Source: an uncultured delta proteobacterium
GTDB taxonomy: Bacteria > Desulfobacterota > Desulfobacteria > Desulfobacterales > JAFDCJ01
Length of the DNA stretch: 64,000 nucleotides
Assembly (NCBI GenBank): GCA_963769935.1
Contig: CAVYNY010000022.1
Span: 288,001 to 352,000, forward strand
Direction: 5' to 3'
In this document: positions 41,947 to 51,983 of the stretch, one piece after another
Numbering within the stretch: position 1 is the first letter of the stretch
Layout: every line of letters begins with the position of its first letter
Notes under the pieces: model-generated
Databases searched by the model: none
The model's input: only the letters and a program-made list of their open reading frames with translations
What the model was told of the DNA's origin: nothing
Position numbers and translations under genes: made by a program

Positions 41947-43893
41947 ATGTGCGGTATATGCGGTAAAATTAATTATAATGGTGAACCGATCCCACGGGAG
42001 TTGCTCCAAAGGATGTGCAACTCCTTTTCTTGCAGGGGACCTGACGATGAAGGCATCTATTTAGGGAACCAACACGACGAATGGTCTCAGCAGGTCAAGG
42101 TCGGTTTGGGGCATACGAGATTGTCGATCATGGATGTGTCCCCTGCCGGCCATCAGCCGATGTCAAATGAGGACCAATCGGTCTGGATAACCTATAACGG
42201 CGAAATATACAATTTCCGAGAAATCAGAGCTGAACTGAAGCGCAACGGCCACACCTTTATCAGCAACACAGATACAGAGGTTGTTGTTCACCTGTATGAA
42301 GAAGAAGGACTAAGGGCCGTTGAACAATTCAACGGTATGTTCGCTTTTGCCCTCTGGGACTGCAGACTGGAAAGGCTTTGGCTGTGTCGGGACCGCCTGG
42401 GTATTAAACCGCTCGTATATTACTGGGATGGAAGGCATTTCGCATTTGCTTCTGAAATCAAGGCTCTTTTAGCTGACCCGGCCATTCCAAAAGAACTAAA
42501 TCATGACGCTCTTTTTCTCTACCTTGCTTTCAATTACGTTCCGGCGCCGTACACAATTTTTAAAGGCATTAAAAAGTTGGAGCCCGGGAGATACTTGACC
42601 CTTCAGGATAATAATCTTGAAGTAAGGAAATATTGGGACACACATCAAACGATTGAACCGGATATTTCATCTTTAACATCTGCAGCGCAGGAAGATCTAT
42701 ATAAAAAGCGTCTTTTTGAAAGCCTTGATGATGCGGTGAAGGCCAGGATGATTGCCGATGTCCCCTTAGGAGCATTTTTGAGTGGTGGAATTGATTCCAG
42801 TATAATTGTGGCGCTTATGACTCGCCATTCAAACAAACCGGTTAAAACTTTTTCAATCGGGTATGCCGACGATAAGCTCTACGACGAAACAGACTATGCC
42901 GTGGAAGTTTCGAATTTCTGCAACACAGAACATTACAAACTTAATCTCTCATTTCGGGATATGCTGGCAGCGCTTCCGGATATCATTTCTTCTTTTGATG
43001 AACCGTTTGCCGACTCATCTGCGATTCCGGCGTATCTTGTGTCAAGAGAAACAAGAAGGCATGTAACCGTTGCGCTGTCAGGTGACGGCGGCGATGAGCT
43101 TTTTGCAGGCTATCGTTCCTATCTGGCAGAATATTGGTTCGCAAAATATATGTTGATTCCCGGTTTGTTGCGGGAAGGATTAATTGAAAAATTCATCAAT
43201 TTACTCCCTGATTCAAGAGTCACGAGAAGCCTGGAATACATCCGGAGATTGAAGAAATTTATTAAAGGGACCAAGGGATCTTTTCCTGACAGAGTTCTTG
43301 CATTAAAAGAGATTTTCCCAAAAGACATCCGACAAAAGATACTCTTAGAGCCTAAAAAGCATAAGAATGAATCCTTGAAAGATCCGGCTCTGGAATGGGT
43401 TGAAAGATTATTGGATTACGATCAGGGCGATAGACTAAATTCTATCCTTTACTCTGATCTGAAGGATTCCCTGCCAGGCGACATGCTCACCAAAGTAGAT
43501 TGGATGAGCATGAAAAATTCCTTGGAAGTTCGCGTCCCGTTTCTGGATCACCGTCTTGTGGAAATGGCATTTCAGATGCCCGGCTCATTGAAGCTTAAAA
43601 ACGGCAAAACCAAATACATCCTAAAGGAAGCATTTAAGGATCTTCTCCCTCCCAGAGTATACCGGCGCCCGAAGGCCGGTTTTGAAGTCCCGATAAGCCG
43701 GTGGTTGAAGAACGAGCTGAAATTCCTACTCGACCAATATCTATCGGAAAATAAAATTCAAAACCAGGGCATATTTGATCCGGAAATTGTCAAGCATCTT
43801 GTGGAGCAACATTTGCGAGGCAAAACCGATACATCCTGGATGCTCTGGAATTTAATCATATTCCAGTGCTGGTTCGAAACCTATTATTTATAA
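41947..43893 (+). CDS. asnB: Asparagine synthase-like amidotransferase 3
   Basis: MCGICG, RGPD, LSGGIDSS, DEPFADSS, KVDWMSMKNSLEVRVPFLD. Confidence 0.93.
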   Translation: MCGICGKINYNGEPIPRELLQRMCNSFSCRGPDDEGIYLGNQHDEWSQQVKVGLGHTRLSIMDVSPAGHQPMSNEDQSVWITYNGEIYNFREIRAELKRNGHTFISNTDTEVVVHLYEEEGLRAVEQFNGMFAFALWDCRLERLWLCRDRLGIKPLVYYWDGRHFAFASEIKALLADPAIPKELNHDALFLYLAFNYVPAPYTIFKGIKKLEPGRYLTLQDNNLEVRKYWDTHQTIEPDISSLTSAAQEDLYKKRLFESLDDAVKARMIADVPLGAFLSGGIDSSIIVALMTRHSNKPVKTFSIGYADDKLYDETDYAVEVSNFCNTEHYKLNLSFRDMLAALPDIISSFDEPFADSSAIPAYLVSRETRRHVTVALSGDGGDELFAGYRSYLAEYWFAKYMLIPGLLREGLIEKFINLLPDSRVTRSLEYIRRLKKFIKGTKGSFPDRVLALKEIFPKDIRQKILLEPKKHKNESLKDPALEWVERLLDYDQGDRLNSILYSDLKDSLPGDMLTKVDWMSMKNSLEVRVPFLDHRLVEMAFQMPGSLKLKNGKTKYILKEAFKDLLPPRVYRRPKAGFEVPISRWLKNELKFLLDQYLSENKIQNQGIFDPEIVKHLVEQHLRGKTDTSWMLWNLIIFQCWFETYYL

Positions 43894-43975
43894 AATTCAC
43901 CATTTTTTGGCTTTTGCCGGAAAAACCCAAGCCATCCCGCACAAACCAAGGGATGGCGGCTGGTGAACTGCTCGC

Positions 43976-45190
43976 ATGACGAAAATTTTGCATATCATCA
44001 CCCGCCTGGATATGGGTGGCTCGGCGCAGAACACCCTCCTTACCTGCCAAAAATTGAGCGGGAAATATCAAATGGTTTTGGTTCGCGGACTTTCGCTGGA
44101 GTCGAACATGACGGATTCCGAGAAACAGGCCGTTGAAAAGGGGCTTATAAGCGCCCGAGGAAAAGGGGTCAAAATTGTTGCGGTTCCATCACTGATGCGT
44201 CGAATCAGTCCGGTCAATGATATTCGCGCTTTGTATGATCTAGTTCGGATAATTCAAAGAGAAAGACCGGACATCGTTCACACCCACACTTCCAAGGCCG
44301 GCATATTAGGACGATTGGCCGCTAAAATCGCCAGAGTTCCTTACATTGTTCACACCCCCCACGGCCATGTTTTTTACGGTCACTTCAGCCGCACACTTTC
44401 CTTGGTTTTTCTCTGGCTTGAAAGGCTTTTTGCACTGTTTACCGATCGTTTGGTAGCGCTGACCGAAGGTGAGGTGCAAGACTACCTTGACCTTTCGGTA
44501 TATCCGCCGGATAGGATCATTAAGATTCATAGCGGCATCGACCTCCAAAAATTTCAATTCGCTAAAATTTCCATCATCGATAAAAAGCGGTCGCTGGGAA
44601 TTGAAACCAATGGCCATACCGTCGGCTTTGTCGGCTGGCTGCTTCCCATCAAAGGTCCGATGCATCTTTTGCAGGCGATGGAATATGTATGGCAGGAATA
44701 TGATGACACCAATTTAGTGTTTGTCGGTAAAGGAGACCTGGACGTTGATCTTAGATCGGAAGCTCTAAAATTAAACGAAAACGGCAGGGTCAGGTTTCTG
44801 GGATGGCGGGACGATATCGAGGAAATCATGCCGGTTTTCGACATTTTTGTACTTCCATCTTTGAATGAGGGAATGGGGCGGGTGCTGGTCGAAGCTATGG
44901 CAGCCGGAAAGCCGGTGATCGCAAGCCGGGTAGGCGGTATTCCGGATTTAGTACAACACGGCAAAAACGGCCTGCTGGTGCCGCCGGGAGATGAAAAAGC
45001 GCTGGCAGCCTGCATCCGGTTTCTCATCGAAAACCCTGAAGAAGCAGAAATAATGGGCAAGTCGGGCAGGGAATTCTGCCATCAGTTCAGCGTCGAAGCG
45101 ATGGTTGAAAAAATAGATCATCTGTATAGAGATCTGAGCGGATCCGGCATCTATCATTTCAACGATTCTACGAATCAAACATTTAACTAG
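43976..45190 (+). CDS. GT4 glycosyltransferase
   Basis: HIITRLDMGG, HTHTSKAG, SLNEGMGRVLVEAMAAG. Confidence 0.9.
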   Translation: MTKILHIITRLDMGGSAQNTLLTCQKLSGKYQMVLVRGLSLESNMTDSEKQAVEKGLISARGKGVKIVAVPSLMRRISPVNDIRALYDLVRIIQRERPDIVHTHTSKAGILGRLAAKIARVPYIVHTPHGHVFYGHFSRTLSLVFLWLERLFALFTDRLVALTEGEVQDYLDLSVYPPDRIIKIHSGIDLQKFQFAKISIIDKKRSLGIETNGHTVGFVGWLLPIKGPMHLLQAMEYVWQEYDDTNLVFVGKGDLDVDLRSEALKLNENGRVRFLGWRDDIEEIMPVFDIFVLPSLNEGMGRVLVEAMAAGKPVIASRVGGIPDLVQHGKNGLLVPPGDEKALAACIRFLIENPEEAEIMGKSGREFCHQFSVEAMVEKIDHLYRDLSGSGIYHFNDSTNQTFN

Positions 45191-45206
45191 GCTGCCATTT
45201 AAAATA

Positions 45207-47061
45207 TTGAAGACCTGGTTTTCATATCTGAAGCAAGGGCTTGCGCGGCAAATGCCGGAAGACCGAATTGCAGGTGAGCGGGATTATTCGAGCCTGCGGG
45301 TGAATCTTAAAAATCTGCTCCCCTATCTCAAGCGTCACTGGCGCAAAGGCTTTTTCGGTTTTTTGCTTATTGCGGCCGCTTCTCTTTTTGCATTTCCACC
45401 GCCGTTGATCACCCGCTATTTGGTAGATGATGTCATATTGGGTCGTAACGCGGGACTCCTGACCGGAGCCCTCCTTTTGCTGATCGGATGCTTGATGGCT
45501 GAAAAACTCGCCCGGGTGCTGGAAGAATTTTATTTTGCCCGGTTTGAACAACACGTGACCCTTGATATCCAAAAAGATCTTTTCACCCGGATACTGCACT
45601 TGCCCAGGTCTTTTTTTGACAGCAACCAAACCGGCTATCTGCAATCCAGGTTGTCCGAAGAGGTGGACGAACTGCGGTGGTTTTTTTCCAGCACCATCGT
45701 GCATATCATCAGCAATTGTCTGCGCTTTGTCGGCGGTGTTATTTTTCTTTTTTATCTGGAATGGAAATTAACCCTGGCAGTCCTGGTGCTGCTGCCCTTC
45801 ATAGTGTGGTGCACCCGCTATTTCTCATCGAAAATTACATATTTTAAGTCATCGGGCATTGGAACAAAAGGCCGATGCATCCAGCCAGCTTCAGGAATCT
45901 TTATCTGAGACTGAACTGATCAAAGCATTTGCATCCGAGGATCATACGGTGAAACGGCTCCTGGCACCGTTAAGGCAGTTGATTCAACTGTCGCTTGAAA
46001 GAACAACCGTCGGCTCCGTCGCAAATCTGGTGATCAACTCCATGCCCGGGATCGCTAGGATCCTGAGTCTGGCGGTTGGGGCGTATTGGATCATTACAGG
46101 TCAATGGACGCTTGGATCCTTGTTGGCCTTTCAAGCTTATTTGGCCTATGTGTTTGGGCCGGTGCAATTTTTGGCATCGGCGAATATGCAATTTCAAAAA
46201 TCACTGGCGGCGTTGGAGCGAATTTCAGTCCTGTTTGACATCGTGCCTGAGGAGAGTACCGGGGGTAGTCAAAAAATATCGAGGTTAAAGGGTGAAATAG
46301 AATTTAAAAACGTATCCTTCGGATACAACCGTCAGGCACCGGTGCTTAAAAATCTCGACCTGCACATTTATCCCGGTGAGCGTATTGCCATTTTGGGGCC
46401 CAGCGGCGTGGGCAAAACAACCCTGCTGAGTCTGATTTTGCATTTTTATAGTCCGACATCAGGAGAAATTTTGTTTGATGGGTTGCCGGCTTGGCAATAT
46501 GACGTCGGATCTTTGAGAAAACGCATTGGATATGTTGCCCAGCAATCCAGACTGCTGAAAGATACCATTTTCGAAAATCTCCGCTACGGAAACCCGAACG
46601 CCGATTTCGAGCAGGTAATTCAAGCAGCTAAAATAGCAGATATTCATGATTTCATTGAAAGTTTGCCGGAAGGATATGCTACCAGAATCGGAAAATATGG
46701 CCTCAATCTGTCGGAGGGCCAAAAACAGAGAATTTCGATTGCGCGGGCCCTGGTCAAGGATCCGGATATTTTCATTTTCGACGAACCTACAGCGGCCGTG
46801 GACATGGAAACCGAAAAATCTATTTTCAAAGAATTTTCCAAGCTGACTGAGAGCAAGACGCTATTTGTGGTCTCGCATCGGCCTTCAATCATCAAAGATG
46901 CGAATCGGGTTCTATTACTGAATGAGGAACAGGTCCTGGATAGCGGAACGCACCAGTCGCTCCTCGAATCCAATGATTACTACCGGTCCATGATTGCAAG
47001 TCCGAAATCTGAAGACTTAGAAGAGAAAACTTCCTTTTCGGTTTTTGCGACTCGAGCATAG
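45207..47061 (+). CDS. ABC exporter, fused TMD + ATPase (MsbA/MdlB-like); +1 frameshift near 45840-45860
   Basis: TM domain then GPSGVGKT, LSEGQKQR, IFDEPT; two overlapping ORFs. Confidence 0.9.
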
Positions 47062-47086
47062 CCCCGCGAGCGGGGCGCAAGCTCGG
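47053..47086. repeat. Small GC-rich nested hairpin at the ABC gene stop
   Basis: CGAGC-ATA-GCCCCG-CGAG-CGGGGC-GCAA-GCTCG. Confidence 0.45.
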
Positions 47087-47112
47087 GCGGTGATTCAAAA
47101 AAGTGATAAAAA

Positions 47113-48297
47113 ATGAAAGTTCAAGCCTACGGCGACTGGAGTCTGGGCGTTCACCGGCGCCTGTCCACAAAACGAATACCGATCAGCGGCTGTATTGAAA
47201 TAACGCAGCGGTGCAACAATCATTGCGTTCACTGTTACAACAATCTTTCCGTCGGAGACCGGCAAGCCAGAAAGGCGGAACTTGTCTTAGACGAATATTG
47301 CCGGATCCTGGACGAAATTGTCGATGCCGGGTGTCTCTGGCTGCTTTTCACAGGCGGCGAAATTTTTATCCGCCAAGACTTTCTCGATATATATACATAT
47401 GCCAGGCGAAAGGGATTGCTGATTACTCTCTTTACCAATGGGACTCTAATCAGTCCCGAAATTGCCGATCAACTGGCCCAATCTCCTCCTTTCTCAATTG
47501 AAATCACAATTTATGGCCGTACAAAAGCAACCTATGAATCAATTACGAAAATTGACGGATCATTTGAGCGCTGCTTCAATGGCATCCATTTATTGATGGA
47601 CCACAAGCTGCCTCTCAAACTCAAAACCATGGCCATCACACGCTAACCATCATGAAATTCAGGAGATGAGGCGGTTTGTAGAAGAAGATCTTGGTTTGGA
47701 GTTTAAATTTGACGCCATGATAAATCCCCGCCTGGATTGTTCACAAAGTCCGCTCGATGTTCGGTTAACACCGGCTGAAGTGGTGGAATTGGATCTAAGG
47801 TATCCTGAAAGGAGCCACCGAATGGAAACACTTTGCAGAGCGTTTCATCAAACCTGAAATTGAGACTGAATATCCAACCAACCTTTATGTTTGCGGTGCA
47901 GGGAATAATTCATTTGCCATAGATCCTTACGGCAGATTGCGCCTGTGCGTCTTATCATCAACCGACTCATACGATTTGCGCAAAGGTAGCTTTATGGAAG
48001 GGTGGGATAAGCATCTGGCAGCTGCCAGACGGAAAAAAGCCTCACGCCATACCAAATGTACCTATCTGTCGGCTAAAATCCATGTGCGGAATGTGCCCGG
48101 CCAACAGCGAACTCGAATGCGGCGACGCAGAGGCCCCGGTCGATTTCCTCTGCCGGGTGGCGCATTTAAGAGCGTATGCTTTCGACCTTCCGATAGCCCC
48201 GCATGGGAAGTGTGAATATTGTGAGGGGGGGCACCGATATGCTGAGATGATGGAGACGGCCAAAGGCCTGAAGGAGCGCTTCGCCCCGGTGAAATGA
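47113..48297 (+). CDS. Radical SAM/SPASM-domain protein (three +1 frameshifts)
   Basis: CNNHCVHC, FTGGE, FTNG; SPASM-like CGAG..IDPYG..C..KC..C..MCGMCP..C..LC spread over four frames that rejoin. Confidence 0.85.
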
Positions 48298-48483
48298 ACT
48301 TCGTATTTCACTGGGCAAGCTTGAGGAGCTTCGCCTGCGACGAATTGACGAGCGGCACTGCGTGCCTTTATGAGCGTCCTGCAATGCAGGACTTGAGAAA
48401 GAGTTTAAAACGCAGATCTTAATTGTTCCAACCCCACAGATCAAAAATTCCCTAAAGCGAAGCGCTCCGCGAAGCAGTGAGCC

Positions 48484-48975
48484 ATGTTTCCCGAACTCAT
48501 AACAGATCTTTTGCAGGAAGGCTACAAGGTTAGCTTCAGTGCACCAGGTCATAGTATGTTTCCCACCATTATGGCCAATGAAACCATTGTGGTCGAACCC
48601 ATTGATCCCGGAACGGTCAGGATGGGAGACATCATATTATATCGAACAAACGGCCGGCTAATTGCCCACCGGGTTGTCGGCATCAATGTGCCTCTTGATG
48701 ACGGCTCTTCGTCACGCTCAGACCCTGAGGCGCAGTCCTCAGTCCTCAGTCCTCATTGCTTATTCATTTTGCGAGGCGATGCTTCCCCCGCATGCGATGC
48801 GCCCGTAAAAGCCGGACAGATTCTGGGCAAAGTTGTTTCGATCCAAAGAAACGGCCGTAGTATTGAGCCGTATAGTTTTAAATACAAAATAGGCTGCTTG
48901 GCCACTGTCTGGAGTGGTCGTATTAAACGATTACCTCGAAGAATCTTCTCAATTTTTTTCTTATGGGGGGGATAA
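48484..48975 (+). CDS. S24/S26 family signal peptidase-like protein
   Basis: GHSMFPTI, GDIILY, AHRVV, LRGD..D, ILGKV. Confidence 0.82.
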   Translation: MFPELITDLLQEGYKVSFSAPGHSMFPTIMANETIVVEPIDPGTVRMGDIILYRTNGRLIAHRVVGINVPLDDGSSSRSDPEAQSSVLSPHCLFILRGDASPACDAPVKAGQILGKVVSIQRNGRSIEPYSFKYKIGCLATVWSGRIKRLPRRIFSIFFLWGG

Positions 48976-49000
48976 CATATTCAGGTTGGAAAATATTTCT

Positions 49001-50125
49001 ATGAGTAAACTTACAAACGAGCAAAAAATACTGGCATGTGCCGCTAAGCTTGATCCGACTGAGGAACAATTGGAAGAAATCCGCGGCTGTATGTCGACCA
49101 TCAATAAAGCCGATCACTTAATCGCTCTTGCCGTCAAGGAAGGATTGGCAGGCTTCCTTTATAAAAGCCTCTTGAAAGCAGGATTGCTGGAACCGCTTAT
49201 TCCCACCGATAAGCAAAGGCTCTATAATAATTACTATCTTACCATCCGCCATAACCTTAAGCTCATCCATACCTTGAATGAGATTCTGAACCCCTTTAGT
49301 CAAAATGATATTCAAGTGGTCCTGATGCAGGGAATTTCGCTGTTACAGCAGGTATACCGCGATATCGGATTGAGACCGATGACGGATTTGGATTTATGGG
49401 TTTTGCCGCCCAATTATCCTAAATTGATCGAATGTCTTATCGGCCAGGGTTTCCAAAGGAATTCTCTCTATCCCGATACGTTCACTAAGGGCGAAATAAT
49501 GTTGGATATCCATACTCATATAATGTGGGCCGATAGAATTCGTAGTCGAGATTTGTTGCTGACTAAATGCCAGGAAGAAATTTTCAATAATGCTCAGGTT
49601 ATCAATATTGAGAAAACAGCCGCGTTGTGCTTGAGTCCCTCCGACCAATTTTTGTACCTGAGCCTGCATGCCCTAAAACACAACTTTGAACGCCTGATCT
49701 GGTTAGTTGATATCAAATATCTGGTCTCACCCTGGGAACCCCCGGCCTGGACTAGGCTGATGGCTCGGGCTGAAGAATTGGGACAAAAAGCCATACTCAA
49801 TTATATGGTTTATCTTTTGAAAAATATATTCTGCCTCAAATTGCCGTCTGAAATATCATCTTATTTTGATAACTGGAGGCCGGGTTTTTTTGAACGCAAG
49901 ATATTGCAAAAAAGGGTAAATGGAAATTCAATTCCAACCTGGGCTCAGCTGATCCTTATTTCGACCGGCAAAAGTATGCGAAAAAGAATATCCTTTATAA
50001 AAGAAACCCTCTTCCCCCGACCCAAGATATTAAGACAGGTTTTCCCCAACTCTGCTGGTTTATGCGATAGACAGCTTTACTGGAAAAGATTTCTACAAAT
50101 GCTGGGTTCGTTCAAGCTTAATTAA
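49001..50125 (+). CDS. Nucleotidyltransferase family protein (NTP_transf_5-like)
   Basis: LMQGISL..Y..GLRPMTDLDLWV, LDIH, LHALKH..RLIWLVDI. Confidence 0.82.
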   Translation: MSKLTNEQKILACAAKLDPTEEQLEEIRGCMSTINKADHLIALAVKEGLAGFLYKSLLKAGLLEPLIPTDKQRLYNNYYLTIRHNLKLIHTLNEILNPFSQNDIQVVLMQGISLLQQVYRDIGLRPMTDLDLWVLPPNYPKLIECLIGQGFQRNSLYPDTFTKGEIMLDIHTHIMWADRIRSRDLLLTKCQEEIFNNAQVINIEKTAALCLSPSDQFLYLSLHALKHNFERLIWLVDIKYLVSPWEPPAWTRLMARAEELGQKAILNYMVYLLKNIFCLKLPSEISSYFDNWRPGFFERKILQKRVNGNSIPTWAQLILISTGKSMRKRISFIKETLFPRPKILRQVFPNSAGLCDRQLYWKRFLQMLGSFKLN

Positions 50126-50264
50126 ACCGCCCGGAAAATGGTACATTAAGGGTTGCAAATTGTTCTTGGAAGATTGAAGAAAGTCTTTGGATCGAGCATC
50201 CGGAGGATTAATTAATTCATGCTGCGCATTTTGCTTTACGCTGAGCCGCTTTTGCCTGTTTAAC

Positions 50265-50358
50265 CACTTTTCATCTTTTCACCTGCTCACCTTTTCATCT
50301 TCTCACCTTCGTCTTTTCCGCCTTCCCATCTTCTCAGATTCTAACCTTCTCATTTGCC
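50265..50358. repeat. Purine-rich 8-bp repeat arm after the stop of the minus-strand gene
   Basis: Minus strand ATGAGAAG GTTAGAAT CTGAGAAG ATGGGAAG..GTGAGAAG ATGAAAAG GTGAGCAG GTGAAAAG. Confidence 0.8.
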
Positions 50359-50361
50359 TGA

Positions 50362-51180
50362 CTATTCAATCACCCTAAAGTCAATCCGCCGGTTTAGTGC
50401 TCGACCTGCTGAACTCTCATTTGAGGCGCTATTTCTGGCAGAACCATATCCCGCTGCCGTGATCCTATTCGATTCACTGTCTTTTTCTGCAGCAGTGCTG
50501 CTGCTGAATTTTTTTAGCAGCATCTTGGGGGCCTTGAATTGAATTGAGCTTAATTTAGAATGATCCACTGCTAATTGGGCGAAAGAATCCGGTTCAATCC
50601 TTATTTTGTCCGACAGTAGATCGCCGTGGATTAAATCACCATTTGACAACAACAAGGAAGCATTATCAGGCTTATCAGCATCAAATTCAATGCGGTTGAT
50701 GTCAGCGGCCTGATAAATCGCAGTCATATATTCAGTTCGAATCCTGATTTCGGGGTTCAACAGTTTCCCGGAAAATCGATCACCGACGCCCGTTGTAAAA
50801 ATTGTGGTTATCACCTGACGGCTCGGCCCGGCGGTTTCAAAAAAAATCGATTTAAGATCGTTCACACTTACGGTTTCAAGGAATTTATTTGTGAGAAGAA
50901 TTTGAATCTGCCTATTTAATATGGTGCCGCTAAAGAAATCATTGTTTATGGTTTCCAAGGAACCGGCGAATATTTGGTTATCATCTATGGTTATGTTTTT
51001 GCAGAACGGTTTTTTTAAAATGATCTGACCGAAAGACCCCTGAACCGCAAAATTTTCATTCTTTACGTCTCCAGTTAGTTTATCTCCATTTTGCAGCAGG
51101 ACGGTATCTGAGAATCCAATCCCGCCATGCAGGAAAAAACTTATGATTGACCCAGTCAATATTTTCAGGAATAGGTTCAT
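50362..51180 (-). CDS. Secreted protein with repeated beta modules and a truncated OmpA-like tail
   Basis: Signal peptide; repeated L.NGD.L.G modules; tail RITAAGYG..SN....GRALNRRIDF. Confidence 0.7.
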   Translation of the reverse strand: MNLFLKILTGSIISFFLHGGIGFSDTVLLQNGDKLTGDVKNENFAVQGSFGQIILKKPFCKNITIDDNQIFAGSLETINNDFFSGTILNRQIQILLTNKFLETVSVNDLKSIFFETAGPSRQVITTIFTTGVGDRFSGKLLNPEIRIRTEYMTAIYQAADINRIEFDADKPDNASLLLSNGDLIHGDLLSDKIRIEPDSFAQLAVDHSKLSSIQFKAPKMLLKKFSSSTAAEKDSESNRITAAGYGSARNSASNESSAGRALNRRIDFRVIE

Positions 51181-51252
51181 ATCGGGTTTGCCTCCATTTT
51201 GCGTTTACTATTTTAGTAAAATGCAACCTCTTATAAATAAATATACCGTATA

Positions 51253-51281
51253 AGTATAGGAATAAACAGGAGATTTGTCAA
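51253..51281 (-). promoter_or_regulatory. Sigma70 promoter
   Basis: Minus strand TTGACA-17 bp-TATACT. Confidence 0.7.
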
Positions 51282-51338
51282 TTGTAAGTTCTCCCCGCTT
51301 CCTGAATGCCGCCTGAGCGGAAATTTGATCAGTATGAG

Positions 51339-51983
51339 TTATATGAAGATCTTCAGGCTGAAAATGGCGAGGTTGCCAAGGCAGTGAAGGGTTATGGGAA
51401 CGATAAGGTTTTGCTCTTTTTCATAGGCCAGAGCGAATAAGAGTCCGCCGGCGGTCTGGGTCAGGGGTATATTTGCGCCAATGGGATGGAAGAAGACAAA
51501 GATCAGGGTGCTCGAAATTACCGCAACCGCTGCTCCCCATCGTCTGAAAAATCCATAAATGATACCGCGGAAAAAAATTTCTTCAGTTATGGGTCCTATC
51601 ACCCCGCCTACCAGAAAAAAGATATAAATCTGGTGCCGGGACGAGTGCGGTGGTTTTCCAAAAAATCGCAGGGCATTGACGCCCGCAGCCAGCAAGACGA
51701 TATACACAGCTCCAACCAGAATGCCAAATCCCGCCGACCAGATCAAACCTTTCTTGAAACCGGCCGGAATGCGGGAAGGCGCCAGTCCGATGGCGCCCGG
51801 ATCCTTTTCAAGCAATAGCGTAACGGCTATCAGCGAAACGGCTTCCAGGCAGCGAATAAAGCCCAGCGCCGCTATGGGGGGCAGACTTTTCGCGGCCGGC
51901 ACCAGCCGGAAGAGTGCTTCTATGAGAAGAATTGAGGCAATGGCGGCCGCCAAGGTTTTTAAGGTGATTTTGTTTGCTTCCAT
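51339..51983 (-). CDS. CPBP (Abi/Rce1-like) intramembrane glutamic protease
   Basis: EEIFFRG, FVFFH, H..GN motifs; multiple TMs. Confidence 0.88.
   Translation of the reverse strand: MEANKITLKTLAAAIASILLIEALFRLVPAAKSLPPIAALGFIRCLEAVSLIAVTLLLEKDPGAIGLAPSRIPAGFKKGLIWSAGFGILVGAVYIVLLAAGVNALRFFGKPPHSSRHQIYIFFLVGGVIGPITEEIFFRGIIYGFFRRWGAAVAVISSTLIFVFFHPIGANIPLTQTAGGLLFALAYEKEQNLIVPITLHCLGNLAIFSLKIFI

Noticed and set aside
30028..43893. AsnB genes as lasso-peptide cyclases
   Set aside because: All keep the glutaminase Cys, sit among glycosyltransferases, and no B1/B2 protein or lasso precursor is visible.
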